A program made the translations under genes and the position numbers. A stretch of 47,689 bases of DNA from Octopus sinensis (Eukaryota), in assembly GCF_006345805.1 (NCBI RefSeq), contig NW_021834525.1:1-47689 (forward strand), read 5' to 3'. Positions 35,377 to 47,689 of this stretch are shown here, piece by piece; position 1 is the stretch's first letter; the number at the start of each line of letters is the position of its first letter. The notes under the pieces are model-generated. The model was not told the DNA's origin. It was given only the letters and a program-made list of their open reading frames with translations, and searched no databases.

Positions 35377-36324
35377 GGGTAAGACATCCGCCCCACCTCC
35401 AATCCACCCTTTTAAATAAAAGTGGGGGTTTTTTTCGACACAAATCCCTCTTTTCGACTACGGGGAATACGAGTCTGCAAAAAAAAAAAATGGCAAAAAC
35501 CGAAATTTCTAAATTCCCACCCCCACCCATTTCCTTCATTTTAAACTTTTATCACAATTTTTTTTTTTTTCAAAATATGCGGAAAAATACGGAGATTATG
35601 ATTCTGAAAAAAATTCCCAAAAATCTTTACCCTCTTGACTCTTTTACTTGTTTCAGTCATTTGACTGCGGCCATGCTGGAGCACCGCTTTTAGTCGAGCA
35701 AATCGATTCCAGGACTTATTCTTTGGAAGCCTAGTACTTATTCTCTTGGTCTCTTTTGCCGAACCGCTAAGTTACGGGGACGTAAACACACCAGCATCGG
35801 TTGTCAAGCAATGCTAGGGGGACAAACACAGACACACAAACATATACACTCACATACATATATACATATATACGATGGGCTTCTTTCAGTTTCCCTCTAC
35901 AAAATCCAGTGACAAGGCTTTGGTCGGCCCGAGGCTATAGTAAAAGACACTTGCCCAAGGTGCCACGCAGTGGGACTGAACCCAGAACCATGTGGTTGGT
36001 AAGCAAGCTACTTACCACACAGCCACTCCTACGCCTTTTGTAAAGTTTTTTTTTCTAAATACGGACATCATGATTCGGACAAAAATTTCAAAACATTTCT
36101 GTACTTACGGTTATGGTTTTAGGGTTAGGGTTAAGGTTTTAGGGTTAGTGTTGGGGGAAAAAAGTCAAAATTGAAGTTGGGGGCAAAATTTTCACACTGC
36201 CGGTTTTTGACAATTTTCCAGAACCTCTGTATCCGAGAACTGGAATTTTTGGCAAAAAACAAAAAATACAAAAATTATCAAATTTGGGAGAAAATGGGGC
36301 GGGGGGACGGGCGGAAGTCTTTCC
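35377..36324. mobile_element. TIR element with internal TTAGGG-like repeats, inserted in a SINE-B-related element (35341-35376 and 36325-36445) and carrying a SINE-A (35635-36035, minus)
   Basis: Ends GGTAAGACATCCGCCC / GGGCGGAAGTCTTTCC; GGTTTTAGGGTTAGGGTTAAGGTTTTAGGGTTAG at ~36115-36150; TSD ambiguous. Confidence 0.55.
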
Positions 36325-36495
36325 TGCTTTTCATCCTTTTGGGGTCGATAAATTAAGTACCAGTGCTACACTGAGGTCGATGTAATCGACCCCAGTCGCC
36401 TCTCCCAAATTTCAGGCCTTGTGCCTTTAGTAGAAAGGATTATTCTAATAAACTATTCGTGTTGTTGGTGGTGGTGGCGGTGGTGTATGTGTCTG

Positions 36496-39400
36496 GGATC
36501 TTTTCCTTTTGAACGGCAGACAATTTCTAGTTAACTAAACACTTTAAACTTCGTATACTGTAGAATGTGTCAAATAAAACATTTTTTCTCTTGGCTTTCT
36601 TGAGAAAATTGTAATTTGTAAGTTTAACGTAGTTTAATTTTCGAATTTTAACCAATCCTATGCTCTCTTTGAGCTAAAATCATTTGCTGCGTCTAAAACT
36701 GAGACAACATCCTGTAACTAACCCTAAACCTCCCCCCTAACCCTAACCCTAAATTTTTTTTTCTAATTGTTTAATTAATTTATTGTTATGCGTATAAAAA
36801 AACTAAAGCAATGGAATTAAATTAATTAAAATTAAGAAAAAAAATAGGGTTGGTTAGGGGGCAGTTTAGGGTTAGTTACAGGATGTTGTCCCAATTTTAG
36901 ACGCAGCAAATGATTTTAGTTGAATGGAGGTAATCGATTGGTTAAAATTGCCGAAATGCTTGGATTTTCAGACGAAATATCTTACAAACTATTGAATTTT
37001 CTCAATAAAACCAAGAGGAAAAGATGTTTTATAAACACATTCTACCAGTATACGAAGTTTAAAAGTGTTTAGTTACCTAGAAATTATGTTAAAAACTGCT
37101 GTTCAAACCGAAAAGATCCATATCTTGCAAACTATAGAATTTTCTCAATAAAGCCAAGAGAAAAAGATGTTTTATAAACACATTCTACCAGTATACGAAG
37201 TTTAAAAGTGTTTAGTTACCTAAAAATTATGTTAAAAACTGCTGTTCAAACCGAAAAGATCCATATCTTGCAAACTATAGAATTTTCTCAATAAAAACCC
37301 AAGAGAAAATGATGTTTTATAATAAACACATTCTACCAGTACAGTATACGAAGTTTAGAATTTTTTAGTTACCTAGAAATTATGTTAAAAACTTGCCGTT
37401 CAACCGAAAGATCCATATCTTACAAACTATAGAATTTTCTCAATAAAGCCAAGAGAAAAAGATGTTTTATAAACCATTCTACCAGTATACAAAGTTTAAA
37501 AAGTGTTGTAGTTACCTAGAAATATATGTTACAAACTGCCGTCAAAAGGACAAGATCCATGTCTACAAACTATAGAATTTTCTCAATAAAGCCAAGAGAA
37601 AAAGATGTTTTATAAACACATTCTACCCGTATACAAAGTTTAAAAGTGTTAGTTACCTAGAAATTATGTTAAAAACTGCCGTTCAAACCGAAAAGATCCA
37701 TATCGTACAAACTATAGAATTTCTCCAAAAGCCAAGAGAAAAAGATGTTTTATAAACACATTCTACTACCAGTATACGAAGTTTAAAGTGTTTAGTTACC
37801 TAGAATTTTGTTAAAAACTGCCGTTCAAACCGAAAAGATCCATATCTTACAAACTATAGAATTTTCTCAAAAAGCCAAGAGAAAAAATTTTTTATAAAAC
37901 ACATTCTACCAGTATACCAACGTTTAATAAGTGTTTAGTTACCTAGAAATTATTTAAAAACTGCCGTTCAAACCGAAAGATCCATATCTTAACAACTATA
38001 GAATTTTCTCAATAACCAAGAGAAAAAGATGTTTTATAACACACATTCTACCAGTATACGAAGTTTAAAAGTGTTTAGTTACCTAGAAATTTGTTAAAAA
38101 CTGCCGTTCAAACCGAAAAGATCCATATCTTACAAACTATAGAATTTTCTCAAAAAGCAAGAGAAAAAGATGTTTTATAAACACATTCTACCAGTATACG
38201 AAGTTAAACAAGTGTTTATGTTACCTAGAAATTATGTTACAAACTGCCGTTCAAAAGGCAAGATCCATGTCTTACAACTATAAGAATTTCTCAATAAAGC
38301 CAAGAGAAAAGATGTTTTATAAACAAATTCTACCAGTATACAAAGTTTAAAAGTGTTTAGTTACCTAGAATTATGTTAAAAACTGCCGTTCAAACCGAAA
38401 AGATCCATATCTTACAAACTATATAGAATTTTCTCAAAAAGCCAAGAGAAAAAGATGTGTTTATAAACACATTCTACCAGTATACAAAGTTTAAAAAGTT
38501 TTAGTTACCTAGAAATGATGTTGACAACTGCCGTTCAAAAGGACAAGATCCATGTCTTACAAACTATAGAATTTTCTCTCAAGCACCAAGAGAAAAAGAG
38601 GTTTTATAAACACATTCTACCAGTATACAAAGTTTAAAAGTGTTTAGTTACCTAGAAATTATGTTAAAAACTGCCGTTCAAACCGAAAAGATCCATATCT
38701 TACAAACTATAGAATTTTCTCAAAAAGCCAAGAGAAAAAGATGTTTTATAAACACATTCTACCAGTATACGAAGTTTAAAAGTGTTTAGTTACCTAGAAA
38801 TTATGTTACAAACTGCCGTTCAAAAGGACAAGATCCATGTCTTACAAACTATAGAATTTTCTCAATAAAGCCAAGAGAAAAAGATGTTTTATAAACACAT
38901 TCTACCAGTATACAAAGTTTAAAAGTGTTTAGTTACCTAGAAATTATGTTAAAAACTGCCGTTCAAACCGAAAAGATCCATATCTTACAAACTATAGAAT
39001 TTTCTCAAAAAGCCAAGAGAAAAAGATGTTTTATAAACACATTCTACCAGTATACGAAGTTTAAAAGTGTTTAGTTACCTAGAAATTATGTTAAAAACTG
39101 CCGTTCAAACCGAAAAGATCCATATCTTACAAACTATAGAATTTTCCTTTTCTCAAAAAGCCAGAGAAAAGATGTTTTATAAACACATTCTACCAGTAAC
39201 AAAGTTAAAAGTGTTTAGTTACCTAGAAATTATGTTAAAAACTGCCGTTCAAACCGAAAAGATCCATATCTTACAAACTATAGAATTTTCTCAAAAAGCC
39301 AAGAGAAAAGATTTATAAACATTCTACCAGTATACAAAGTTTAAAAGTGTTTAGTTACCTAGAAATTATGTTAAAACTGCCGTTCAAACCGAAAAGATCC

Positions 39401-40112
39401 ATATCTTACAAACTATAGAATTTTCTCAATAAAACCAAGAAAAAGATGTTTTTATAAACACATTCTACCAGTATACGAAGTTTAAAAAAGTGTTAGTTAC
39501 CTAGAAATTATGTTAAAAACTGCCGTTCCAAACCGAAAGATCCATATCTTACAAACTATAGAATTTTCTCAATAAAGCCAAGAGAAAAAGATGTGTTATA
39601 AACACTTCTACTAGTATACAATTTTAAAAGTGTTTAGTTACCTAGAAATTATGTTAAAAACAGCCGTTCAAACCGAAAAGATCCATATCTTACAAACTAT
39701 AGAATTTTCTCAATAAAGCCAAATAGAAAAGATGTTTTATAAACACATTCTAACCAGTATACGAAGTTTAAAAGTGTTTAGTTACCTAGAAATTATGTTA
39801 AAAACTGCCGTTCAAACCGAAAAGATCCATATCTTACAACTATAGAATTTTCTCAATAAAGCCAAGAGAAAAGATGTTTTATAAACACATTCTACCAGTA
39901 TACGAAGTTAAAAGTGTTTAGTTACCTAGAAATTATGTTAAAAACTGCCGTTCAACCGAAAAGATCCATATCTTACAAACTATAGAATTTTCTCAATAAG
40001 CCAAGAGAAAAAGATGTTTTATAAACACATTCTAACCAGTATAGGCGAAGTTTAAAAGTGTTTTAGTTAGTGGAAATTGTGCTACAAACTGCCGTTCAAA
40101 AGGACAAGATCC
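36496..40112. mobile_element. GGATC-ended foldback element with an expanded right terminus
   Basis: Left end GGATCTTTTCCTTTTGAACGGCAG matches the last unit CTGCCGTTCAAAAGGACAAGATCC; internal inverted arms with CCCTAACCCTAA / TAGGGTT. Confidence 0.75.
36977..40112 (+). repeat. Satellite of ~22 x 143 bp units derived from the GGATC element terminus
   Basis: Unit ATATCTTACAAACTATAG...ACCGAAAAGATCC; 22 AAGATCC ends counted. Confidence 0.95.
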
Positions 40113-40179
40113 TACGCTTGTGTGTATGTGTGTATGCATGTGTTGGTATAAGTTTTTGGCGGTGGCGACGGTGTATGTA

Positions 40180-40394
40180 TACTCTTTTACTCTTTTACTT
40201 GTTTTAGTCATTTGACTGCGGCCATGCTGGAGCACCGCCTTTAATCGAGAAAATCGACCCGGGACTTATTCTTTTGTAAGCCCAGTACTTATTCTATCGG
40301 TCTCATTTGCCGACCGCTAAGTGACGGGGACATAACACACCAGCATCGGTTGTCATAATGCTTGGGGACAAACACAGACACACAAACACATACA

Positions 40395-40443
<49 letters not shown>

Positions 40444-40617
40444 ATATACACGACGGCTTCTTTCAGTTTTCCGTCTAACCAAATCCACTCACAAGGCTTT
40501 GGTCGGCCCGAGGCTATAGTAGAAGAGACACTTGCCCAGGTGCCACGCAGTGGGACTGAACCCGGACCATGTGGTTGGTAACACAAGCTACTTACCACAC
40601 AGCACTCCCGCGCCTAT
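40180..40617 (-). mobile_element. SINE-A
   Basis: Homology. Confidence 0.9.
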
Positions 40618-40699
40618 GTTGGTGTTGTTGGTGATGGTGGTGTTGGCGTGAAAGTGGTGACCTAGGATCGATTCCATTGTATGGTATCTGTTACAATTG

Positions 40700-41083
40700 G
40701 TATTATTATTATTATTACTATTTTTCCAGTTACTCATTGAACTACTGGTGGTTGTGGTGGTAGTGGTTTTGCCACTATCTGGTTACTATTGTTGTTGCTG
40801 CTGCTGCTACTACTACTACTATTATCCCCACCACCTCCGCCATAACCACTACTGCTACAGGTTCTACAACTATTACTATTACTTTTACTATTATCTTCAC
40901 CATCACAGCTACTTGTACCACTTTCACAACTACCACCGCTACTACATACTACTACTACTACCACCATCACCACCAACTACTCTACCACCACCACCACTAC
41001 CACCGCTACTACTAATACTACTACTACCACCACCACCATCACCACCAACTACTTTACCACCACCACTACTGCTCCTCCTCCTC

Positions 41084-41114
<31 letters not shown>

Positions 41115-41150
41115 CTCTTCTTCTTCTTCTTCTCTTCTTCCTCTTCTTCC
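40700..41150. repeat. (CTA/CCA/CTT)n low-complexity tract
   Basis: Direct inspection. Confidence 0.9.
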
Positions 41151-41179
41151 AATCAGGACTCATGCCATTAGCCACAAAG

Positions 41180-41620
41180 AATAATCTCTAATTCGAGCCT
41201 TACTCTAAGCTACTAAGAATGTGTGTGGCAACTTGAAGATCCACCTACCACACGCGATAGACTGGCGGTTGCACGGGTGCGAAAGCTTTGTTGTTATCCT
41301 CATTCCATAAACAGTGGCTTTTAATGGGTGGAGAGCTGAACCATCCTGGGGTACAGAGGATTCGCAATCTAGACTAGGGTCTGAAAGTTTACCACACCAT
41401 AGTGGGTTACACCATGGTGCCTCTGCTTTGTGGCAGAAGTAGGAAGAAAGAGCGAAAGAAAGTTTTGGTGAAAGAGTACAACGGGGTTCACCTCTGCTGG
41501 GGCCTCGTGGAGTTTAGGTGTTTTTGCTCAATAAACACTCACAATGCTCGGTCTGGGAATCGAAACTGCGTTCTTACAACTGCGAGTCCGCTGCCCTAAC
41601 CACTGGGCCATTGTGCCTCC
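41180..41620 (-). mobile_element. SINE-C variant with a different 3' half
   Basis: Head and first ~190 bp match 22764-23121, then unrelated sequence. Confidence 0.7.
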
Positions 41621-41851
41621 ACTGCTGCTGCTGCTGCTGAGAGTGGCTGAGACTCATGAGGTTGAATAGGTCTGGCTACTCAGGAGTTGCATGGTTTTCT
41701 AAATAAGGGACCAAAATCTAGGAGAGGGAAGTTTTGAAAGTGCTGGATTGCGGAATTGGACCTATCAGTGATGCAGTGTGGAATTTGGTGGCCTGCCCCC
41801 TTCCTTAAACATAGCTGTACCTCCAACTATGGCCAACACACTTGTATCTTG

Positions 41852-42077
41852 TACGTAGGGGGTACTGAAAAGTTGCTGTCTTTGGGTAAAAGAAAGTACA
41901 GGAGGATCAGTTAAATATGATTTTATTCAACATATTCCCATCTTAGATTCACACACTTATTGCAGTGGTCCTTCAGTTTTTCTAAGCCCTGTATAAAAGA
42001 ACTCAGATAGTTAGTCCTCCAGCCAGGCTTTTCATGATACCTTTAAGGACAGAAACTTTTCAGTATCCCCTTGGATA
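41852..42077. mobile_element. Mariner-type MITE
   Basis: TA-CGTAGGGGGTACTGAAAAGTT / AACTTTTCAGTATCCCCTTG. Confidence 0.7.
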
Positions 42078-42167
42078 CCCTTAAAGGCAAGTAAAATTTC
42101 CTGTAAGTCAGACTGCCTCATGATCCCAGCTGACAAAATGGAAAAGGTGTTGCCCCTGAAGACAGCA

Positions 42168-42830
42168 AGTTAAGTTAAGTTAATTTTTTGGCTCAAAAAG
42201 CAAAAAGCAAGGCCATGTAGGGGGACATGGAGTTATGTACAGGGAGGGTGTTTATGCAAAGAGTTCAGGCCATTTCTGGTCAAGAGAGACTTTGAACCGG
42301 GTGGTCGTCAGCATCTTCCCTATCTCGTCTGGCAGCTTATTCCACGGATCCGCAACCCGGACGGAGAAAGTCCCTCTCTTTCGATTGAGATGAAATCATT
42401 GCAGATAGAGCTTTTCGGAGTGACCCCACAGCCAACGCTCTGGAGCAGGAGTGAAGAACAGCTCTTTCGAGATTTACACTTTCCGCTTGTGATGTTGTGA
42501 GCAAGAATGAGATCACCACGGCATCGTCGTTTTTTCGAGAGAATAAAGGTCAAGCGTCTTCAGCCTTTCTTCATAAGACAATGCTTGAGACCAAGAACCA
42601 TGCGGGTAGCCAGCTTCTGGACTCTTTCGAGATGATGTATGTCTTTGAGGAGATAAGGAGAAGAGGCTTGAATCCCGTACTCCAATATGGGTCTCACCAG
42701 CGTGACATAGAGTGGTAGGAATATGGCTGCTGTGAGCATTCCGAATGACCGTCGAATCAAAAGCAGAACTCCGCGTGCTTTGTTGGCAGCATGGACGCAC
42801 TGGGCCGAAGGGAGATGTGCTGGAACAGTC
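42168..42830 (-). mobile_element. CR1-clade LINE 3' fragment (frameshifted ORF2 C-terminus, 3' UTR, (TAACT)n tail)
   Basis: NKARGVLLLIRRSF...LYVTLVRPILEYG..ASSPY..KDIHHLERVQKLATRMV / SYEERLKTLDLYSLEK / RRCRGDLI / RVADPWNKLP are the standard CR1 post-RT motifs. Confidence 0.92.
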
Positions 42831-43330
42831 ACTCAGCCTCATGGGGCTCACACATGTGGATAGTCACCTCCACCCTGAAAGTGGTGAGCAGGGATATGGT
42901 CCAGGGTCTGAGAATGCTGGAGGTCTCCACGGTCACAGGATTGACCAAAACCTGTCAGAAAGTGACTGATACCTTACAGTTTGTTTTTCCCAGCCTGGCA
43001 AGCAGTGGAGTCTGGGGCTGGTAGTTGGACACATCAGGTTGCCACTGGTGAAGATGTCACAGTATGTGACATCCCAGATGAGGGGCCTATCGCCACGGAA
43101 TGGGAAAATTGTCATGCCATTGGCCTTTTACCCTTCCCTCGGTCCAGCCCTTCTGGCTCGAGCTGGGTATGGAAGCGTGCATGTTATAGCTAGCTAGCCA
43201 GCTAGATAGACAGACAAACAGACAGATGGATGGATGGGTGGATAAATGGATGGATAGACTGCCAGACAGACAGATGGATGGTCAGACTGACATATCTATA
43301 GTAATCAAATAGATAATATTTCGTTTTCAT

Positions 43331-43745
43331 GTGCCGGTGGCACATGACCTGCTGTGCTTGAGGAGACCTATTGAGTCAAGTACATGAACATCGAATAAAT
43401 ATCGAATGGAAATAGTAGTTGTGATACCTGTGCCGGTGGAACGTAAAAAGCACCATCCAAATCGTGGCCGATGCCAGCGCCGCCCTGACTGGCTTCTGTG
43501 CCGGTGGCACGTAAAAAGCACCAACCGATCGTGACTGTTGCCAGCCTCCCCTGGCACCTGTGCTGGTGGCACGTAAAAAGCACCCACTACACTCATGGAG
43601 TGGTTGGCATTAGGAAGCTGTAGAAACACTGCCAGATCAGTCTGGAGCCTGGTGCAGCCTCCTGGCATCCCAGACCCCAGACGAACCGTCCAACCCGTGC
43701 TAGCACAGAAAACGGACGTAAAACGATGATGATGATGATGATGAT
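43331..43745 (+). mobile_element. SINE-D with internal GTGCCGGTGGCACGTAAAAAGCACC tandem repeats
   Basis: (TGA)n tail; homology to 44124-44665. Confidence 0.8.
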
Positions 43746-44123
43746 CTGGTTTGCAAGATTCTTTATGTGAATTTGTGTGTTGAAACAAACTTTGCTGTGT
43801 CTAGGAGAGAGTCATTATTTCAATATAATTAACACACACATTGGTTCAATTCCACTCCTTTATTATTAGTTAATTGGTTAAATATCCTACTAACTAACTA
43901 ATTGTTTAATTTGTTTTATTTTTGTCTTTGTCATAATTTTTTGTTTTTTTTTTGTTTTCGTTCCTTGCAACATTTTCAACGAAAGAGCTTTGACAAACAA
44001 AAACAAAGCAAATTAAATAACTGATTAGTTCGTTGTATATTTAACTAATTGATGAATAATAAAGGAGTGAAACTGAACCAGCGTATGTGTTAACGATATT
44101 GGCATAACGACTCTCGCTAGACA

Positions 44124-44665
44124 CATCATCATCATCATCATCATTTAGCGTCTGCTTTCCATGCTGGCATGGGTTGGACAGTTCCACTGGGGTCTGGGAA
44201 GCCAGAAGGCTGCACCAGGCCCATTCTGATCTGGCAATGTTTCTATGGCTGGATGCCCTTCCTAACGCCAACCACTCCGTGAGTGTAGTGGGTGTTTTTT
44301 ACGTGCCACCGGCACAGGTGCCAGACGAGGCCACGATTGGATGGTGCTTTTTACGTGCCATCAGCACAGGTGCCAGGTGGACTGGAAAATGGCCATGGTC
44401 GGATGGTGCTTTTCAAGTGCCCACCGGCACAGGTGCCAGACGAGGCCACGATTGGATGTGCTTTTTACGTGCCATCACACAGGTGCCAGTGTGGGCTGGA
44501 ATGGCCATGGTCGGAGGTGCTTTTTAAGGTGGCCACCGGCACGGGCCGGCGAGGCTGGCAATGGCCACGATTGGATGGTGCTTTTTATGTGCCACCGTTC
44601 GGATGGCTCGCTTATGTACCACCGGCACTGGTATCACGGCTACAATTTCCATTGATGTTGACACG
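44124..44665 (-). mobile_element. SINE-D with expanded internal repeats
   Basis: Reverse complement of 43331-43745. Confidence 0.8.
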
Positions 44666-44929
44666 ACTTATAATATTTTTTTTTGTTTAAATTTATTTTT
44701 AATTCAATAGAGCTCTGTCAAAATTATCAAGCTCTCTTTTAATTTACTGGTCCCTTTAAGCTGGAGGGCCTCTTCAAACTGTTTGCGGCCCCGAGATTTA
44801 ATGGAGCCCCTAGATAATGTAGCCTTCTTTATCATCTTGTGATATTTTGAATTAGCAAAATCACAGGGGCACCCTAAAGCTATTGACCCAGTCTAGCAAA
44901 CCAAATTTTGGTGGCCCTTACAAATATAT

Positions 44930-45285
44930 TACTCTTTTTACTCTTTTACTTGTTTCAGTCATGTGACTGTGGCCATGCTGGAGCACCGCCTTTAGGTGAG
45001 CAAATCGACCCCAGGACTTATTCTTTGTAAGCCTAGTACTTATTCTATTGGTCTCTTTTGCTGAACTGCTAAGTAAGAGGACGTAAACACACCAGCATCG
45101 GTTGTTAAGCGATGTTGGGGTGACAAACAAAGACATACAAACATATACACACACATACATATATATGATGGGCTTCTTTCAGTTTCCTTCTACCAAATCC
45201 ACTCACAAGGCTTTGGTCAGTCCGAGGCTATAGTAGAAGACACTTGCCCAAGATGCCACGCAGTGGGAATGAACCCGGAACCTGG
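44930..45285 (-). mobile_element. SINE-A (further rearranged fragments at 45617-45840)
   Basis: Homology. Confidence 0.85.
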
Positions 45286-45340
45286 ATGTTTTGCGTTCTT
45301 GTCCCATTTTGCAATTTTATATATATATATATAATATATA

Positions 45341-45409
<69 letters not shown>

Positions 45410-45553
45410 TTATAATATATATATGGTAATATATAATATATATTATATATGTAATATATATCTAAGTATATATATATATATCTATATATATTTATATAAT
45501 ATATATAATATATATAATATATCTATATATATATACATATATATATATATATA

Positions 45554-45601
<48 letters not shown>

Positions 45602-46359
45602 ATATTAATATTACACAATGGGCTTCTTTCAGTTTCTGTCTACTAAATCCACTCACAAGGCTTTGGTCAGCCTGAGGCTATAACACTTGCTCAAGGTGCA
45701 TACATATATAATACAACAGGGTTCATTCAGTTTCCATTGACCAAATCCACCCACAAGGCTTTGGTCGTTTTGTGGGTTCAGTGAGACTGAACCCCCGGAA
45801 CCATGTGGTTGGGAAGCCAGCGTCTTAACCACACAGCCACCCACGTGAGGGTAGCAAGACAGATGTCATTTATACAAGCAAGGTACACGTACAAAGACCG
45901 GCATATATGTACATATCACATTAATGTGTGAGCGGGGAATTTGGATCGGTGGTGGTGGCGGCGGCGGTGGGGGTTGGGGGTAGGAGATGTAGTTGTATGA
46001 TTACGCAATAGTGGATGCAATGATGATGGGGGGGAGCAGAAGCGAGGGGGTTAAGGGGGGGAATGCTGCCTTGTCGCGCGAATGGTAGCGGGGGGATGAA
46101 AAATGGATGAAGTGGGGGGGGGTAAAAGTGAGGAATGCTTGGTACAGTTTGAGTAGTATGTGTTTGTGTGCGTGTGGTGTAATTTAGGGAGATAGCTAGG
46201 TGTACAATCAGGTAGATAATTAGGTAGGTAGGTAGATTGGTAGGTGGCATAAATTTGGAGATATATATTCAGTCAGTTAGTAAAATAGGCACACAGATGG
46301 GTTGATGATACATATATATATATGTATATATATGTGTGTGTGTGTGTTATATATGTATA

Positions 46360-46398
<39 letters not shown>

Positions 46399-46786
46399 AT
46401 ATATACATATATAATATATATACTATATATATAAAGGATGTTATATACACACATACGCATATATATACACACAATATACATACATACATATATATATTCA
46501 TATATACATATGCACACACACACATATACACATACATATATACATACATATACAAATATATATATACATGCATATACAAATATATATATATACATGCATA
46601 TATATATATATATATATACTGATCTCTGTCTCTGTCTATATAATATATATATATATATATATATACGTAGATGTATGTATGTATATGTATATATAAATAT
46701 ATATATACACACACGCACATAGATACATATATACATGCATGCTAATGTATATATATGGATGCACATATGTATAAATATATAACTAC

Positions 46787-46844
<58 letters not shown>

Positions 46845-47084
46845 TGTATAAGCAGTATACAGACATACATACATACATACATTATCACAGGTATACATAC
46901 CTGCATATGTACAAACGTGTATCTATGATTGTATGACTGCATGTTTGTATAACATTTTTCTATTTGCATTCTGAGCTTCCTTGTGAGAAAACATCTGTCG
47001 AAACAGATGTTGTCATGTGTTGGAAGGGTCAGTTTTACCGACAAGAAACACACGCACAGGTCCCCCCAATAGTTCCATAATCTT

Positions 47085-47340
47085 ACTCTTTACTCTCTTT
47101 TACTCTTTTACTTGTTTCAGTCATTTGACTGTGGCCATGCTGGAGCACCGCTTTCTTGTCGAGTAAATCGACCCCGGGACTTATTCTTTTGTAAGCCTAG
47201 TACTTATTCTATCAGTCTCTTTTGCCGAACAGCTAAGTTACAGGGACGTAAACACACCAGCATTGGTTGTCAAGCGATGTTGGGGGGACAAACACAGCCA
47301 CACAAACATATATACACACATACACACACATATATATATT
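47085..47340 (-). mobile_element. SINE-A 3' half
   Basis: Homology; (TAAAAGAG)n tail. Confidence 0.85.
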
Positions 47341-47404
47341 TAGATACAATTTTAAAATGTGTATAGTAATGCCCTCTATATAATATATATATATACATAT
47401 ATAC

Positions 47405-47689
47405 GACAAACAAGGACAAAGAGATTAACTCTATTATATCAACCCCAGTGTGTAACTGGTACTTAATTTACCAACCCTGGAAAGAATGAAAGGTAAAGTC
47501 GACCTTGGCAGAATTTGAACTCAGAATGTACAGCAGATGAAATACCTATTTCTTTACTACCCACAAGGGGCTAAACACAAAGAGGACAAACAAGGACAGA
47601 CAAACGGATTAAGTCAATTACATCGACCCCAGTGCGTAACTGTATTATTTAATCAACCCCGAAAGGATGAAAGGCAAAGCCAACCTCAG
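47405..47689 (-). mobile_element. SINE-B tandem units running off the window end
   Basis: Homology to 20045-20959. Confidence 0.85.

Noticed and set aside
36977-40112. CRISPR-like array
   Set aside because: Units are contiguous near-identical 143 bp repeats with no unique spacers; eukaryotic context; no cas genes.
42830-43160. GC-rich segment with short ORFs next to the CR1 fragment
   Set aside because: Probably a repeat remnant, but no motif allowed assignment.
3211-47053. Dozens of ORFs of the YIYI, VCVC, THTH, LSIY and poly-V/T/L type
   Set aside because: They are translations of (TA)n, (TG)n, (TATG)n, (TCTA)n and trinucleotide tracts that lack stops in some frames.

Overview
AT-rich, microsatellite-dense eukaryotic genomic DNA. 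The SINE families present look like those of octopus (coleoid cephalopod); this is recognition, not a database result. Only one convincing coding segment is visible: a ~1.9 kb GC-rich minus-strand exon (31682->29776). It encodes an acidic, low-complexity N-terminus and ends in a canonical AG|GTAAG donor, so everything at lower coordinates is probably intron. The rest is a mosaic of repeats: four SINE families (here called SINE-A to D, often in tandem concatemers), CR1/L2- and RTE-type LINE fragments, hAT-, piggyBac- and Tc1/mariner-type MITEs, a Helitron-like 5'-end array, and a GGATC-ended TIR element with internal telomere-like repeats whose terminus has expanded into a 3.1 kb satellite of 143 bp units. 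The most interesting unexplained signal is a set of small elements embedded in (TA)n tracts that carry type I hammerhead-ribozyme-like motifs. One is near-canonical. One family has a compensatory G3-C8 core and sits in a palindromic four-copy cluster. Repeat coordinates were read by eye and are approximate to a few bases; nearly all ORFs in the supplied track are artefacts of simple repeats or SINEs.
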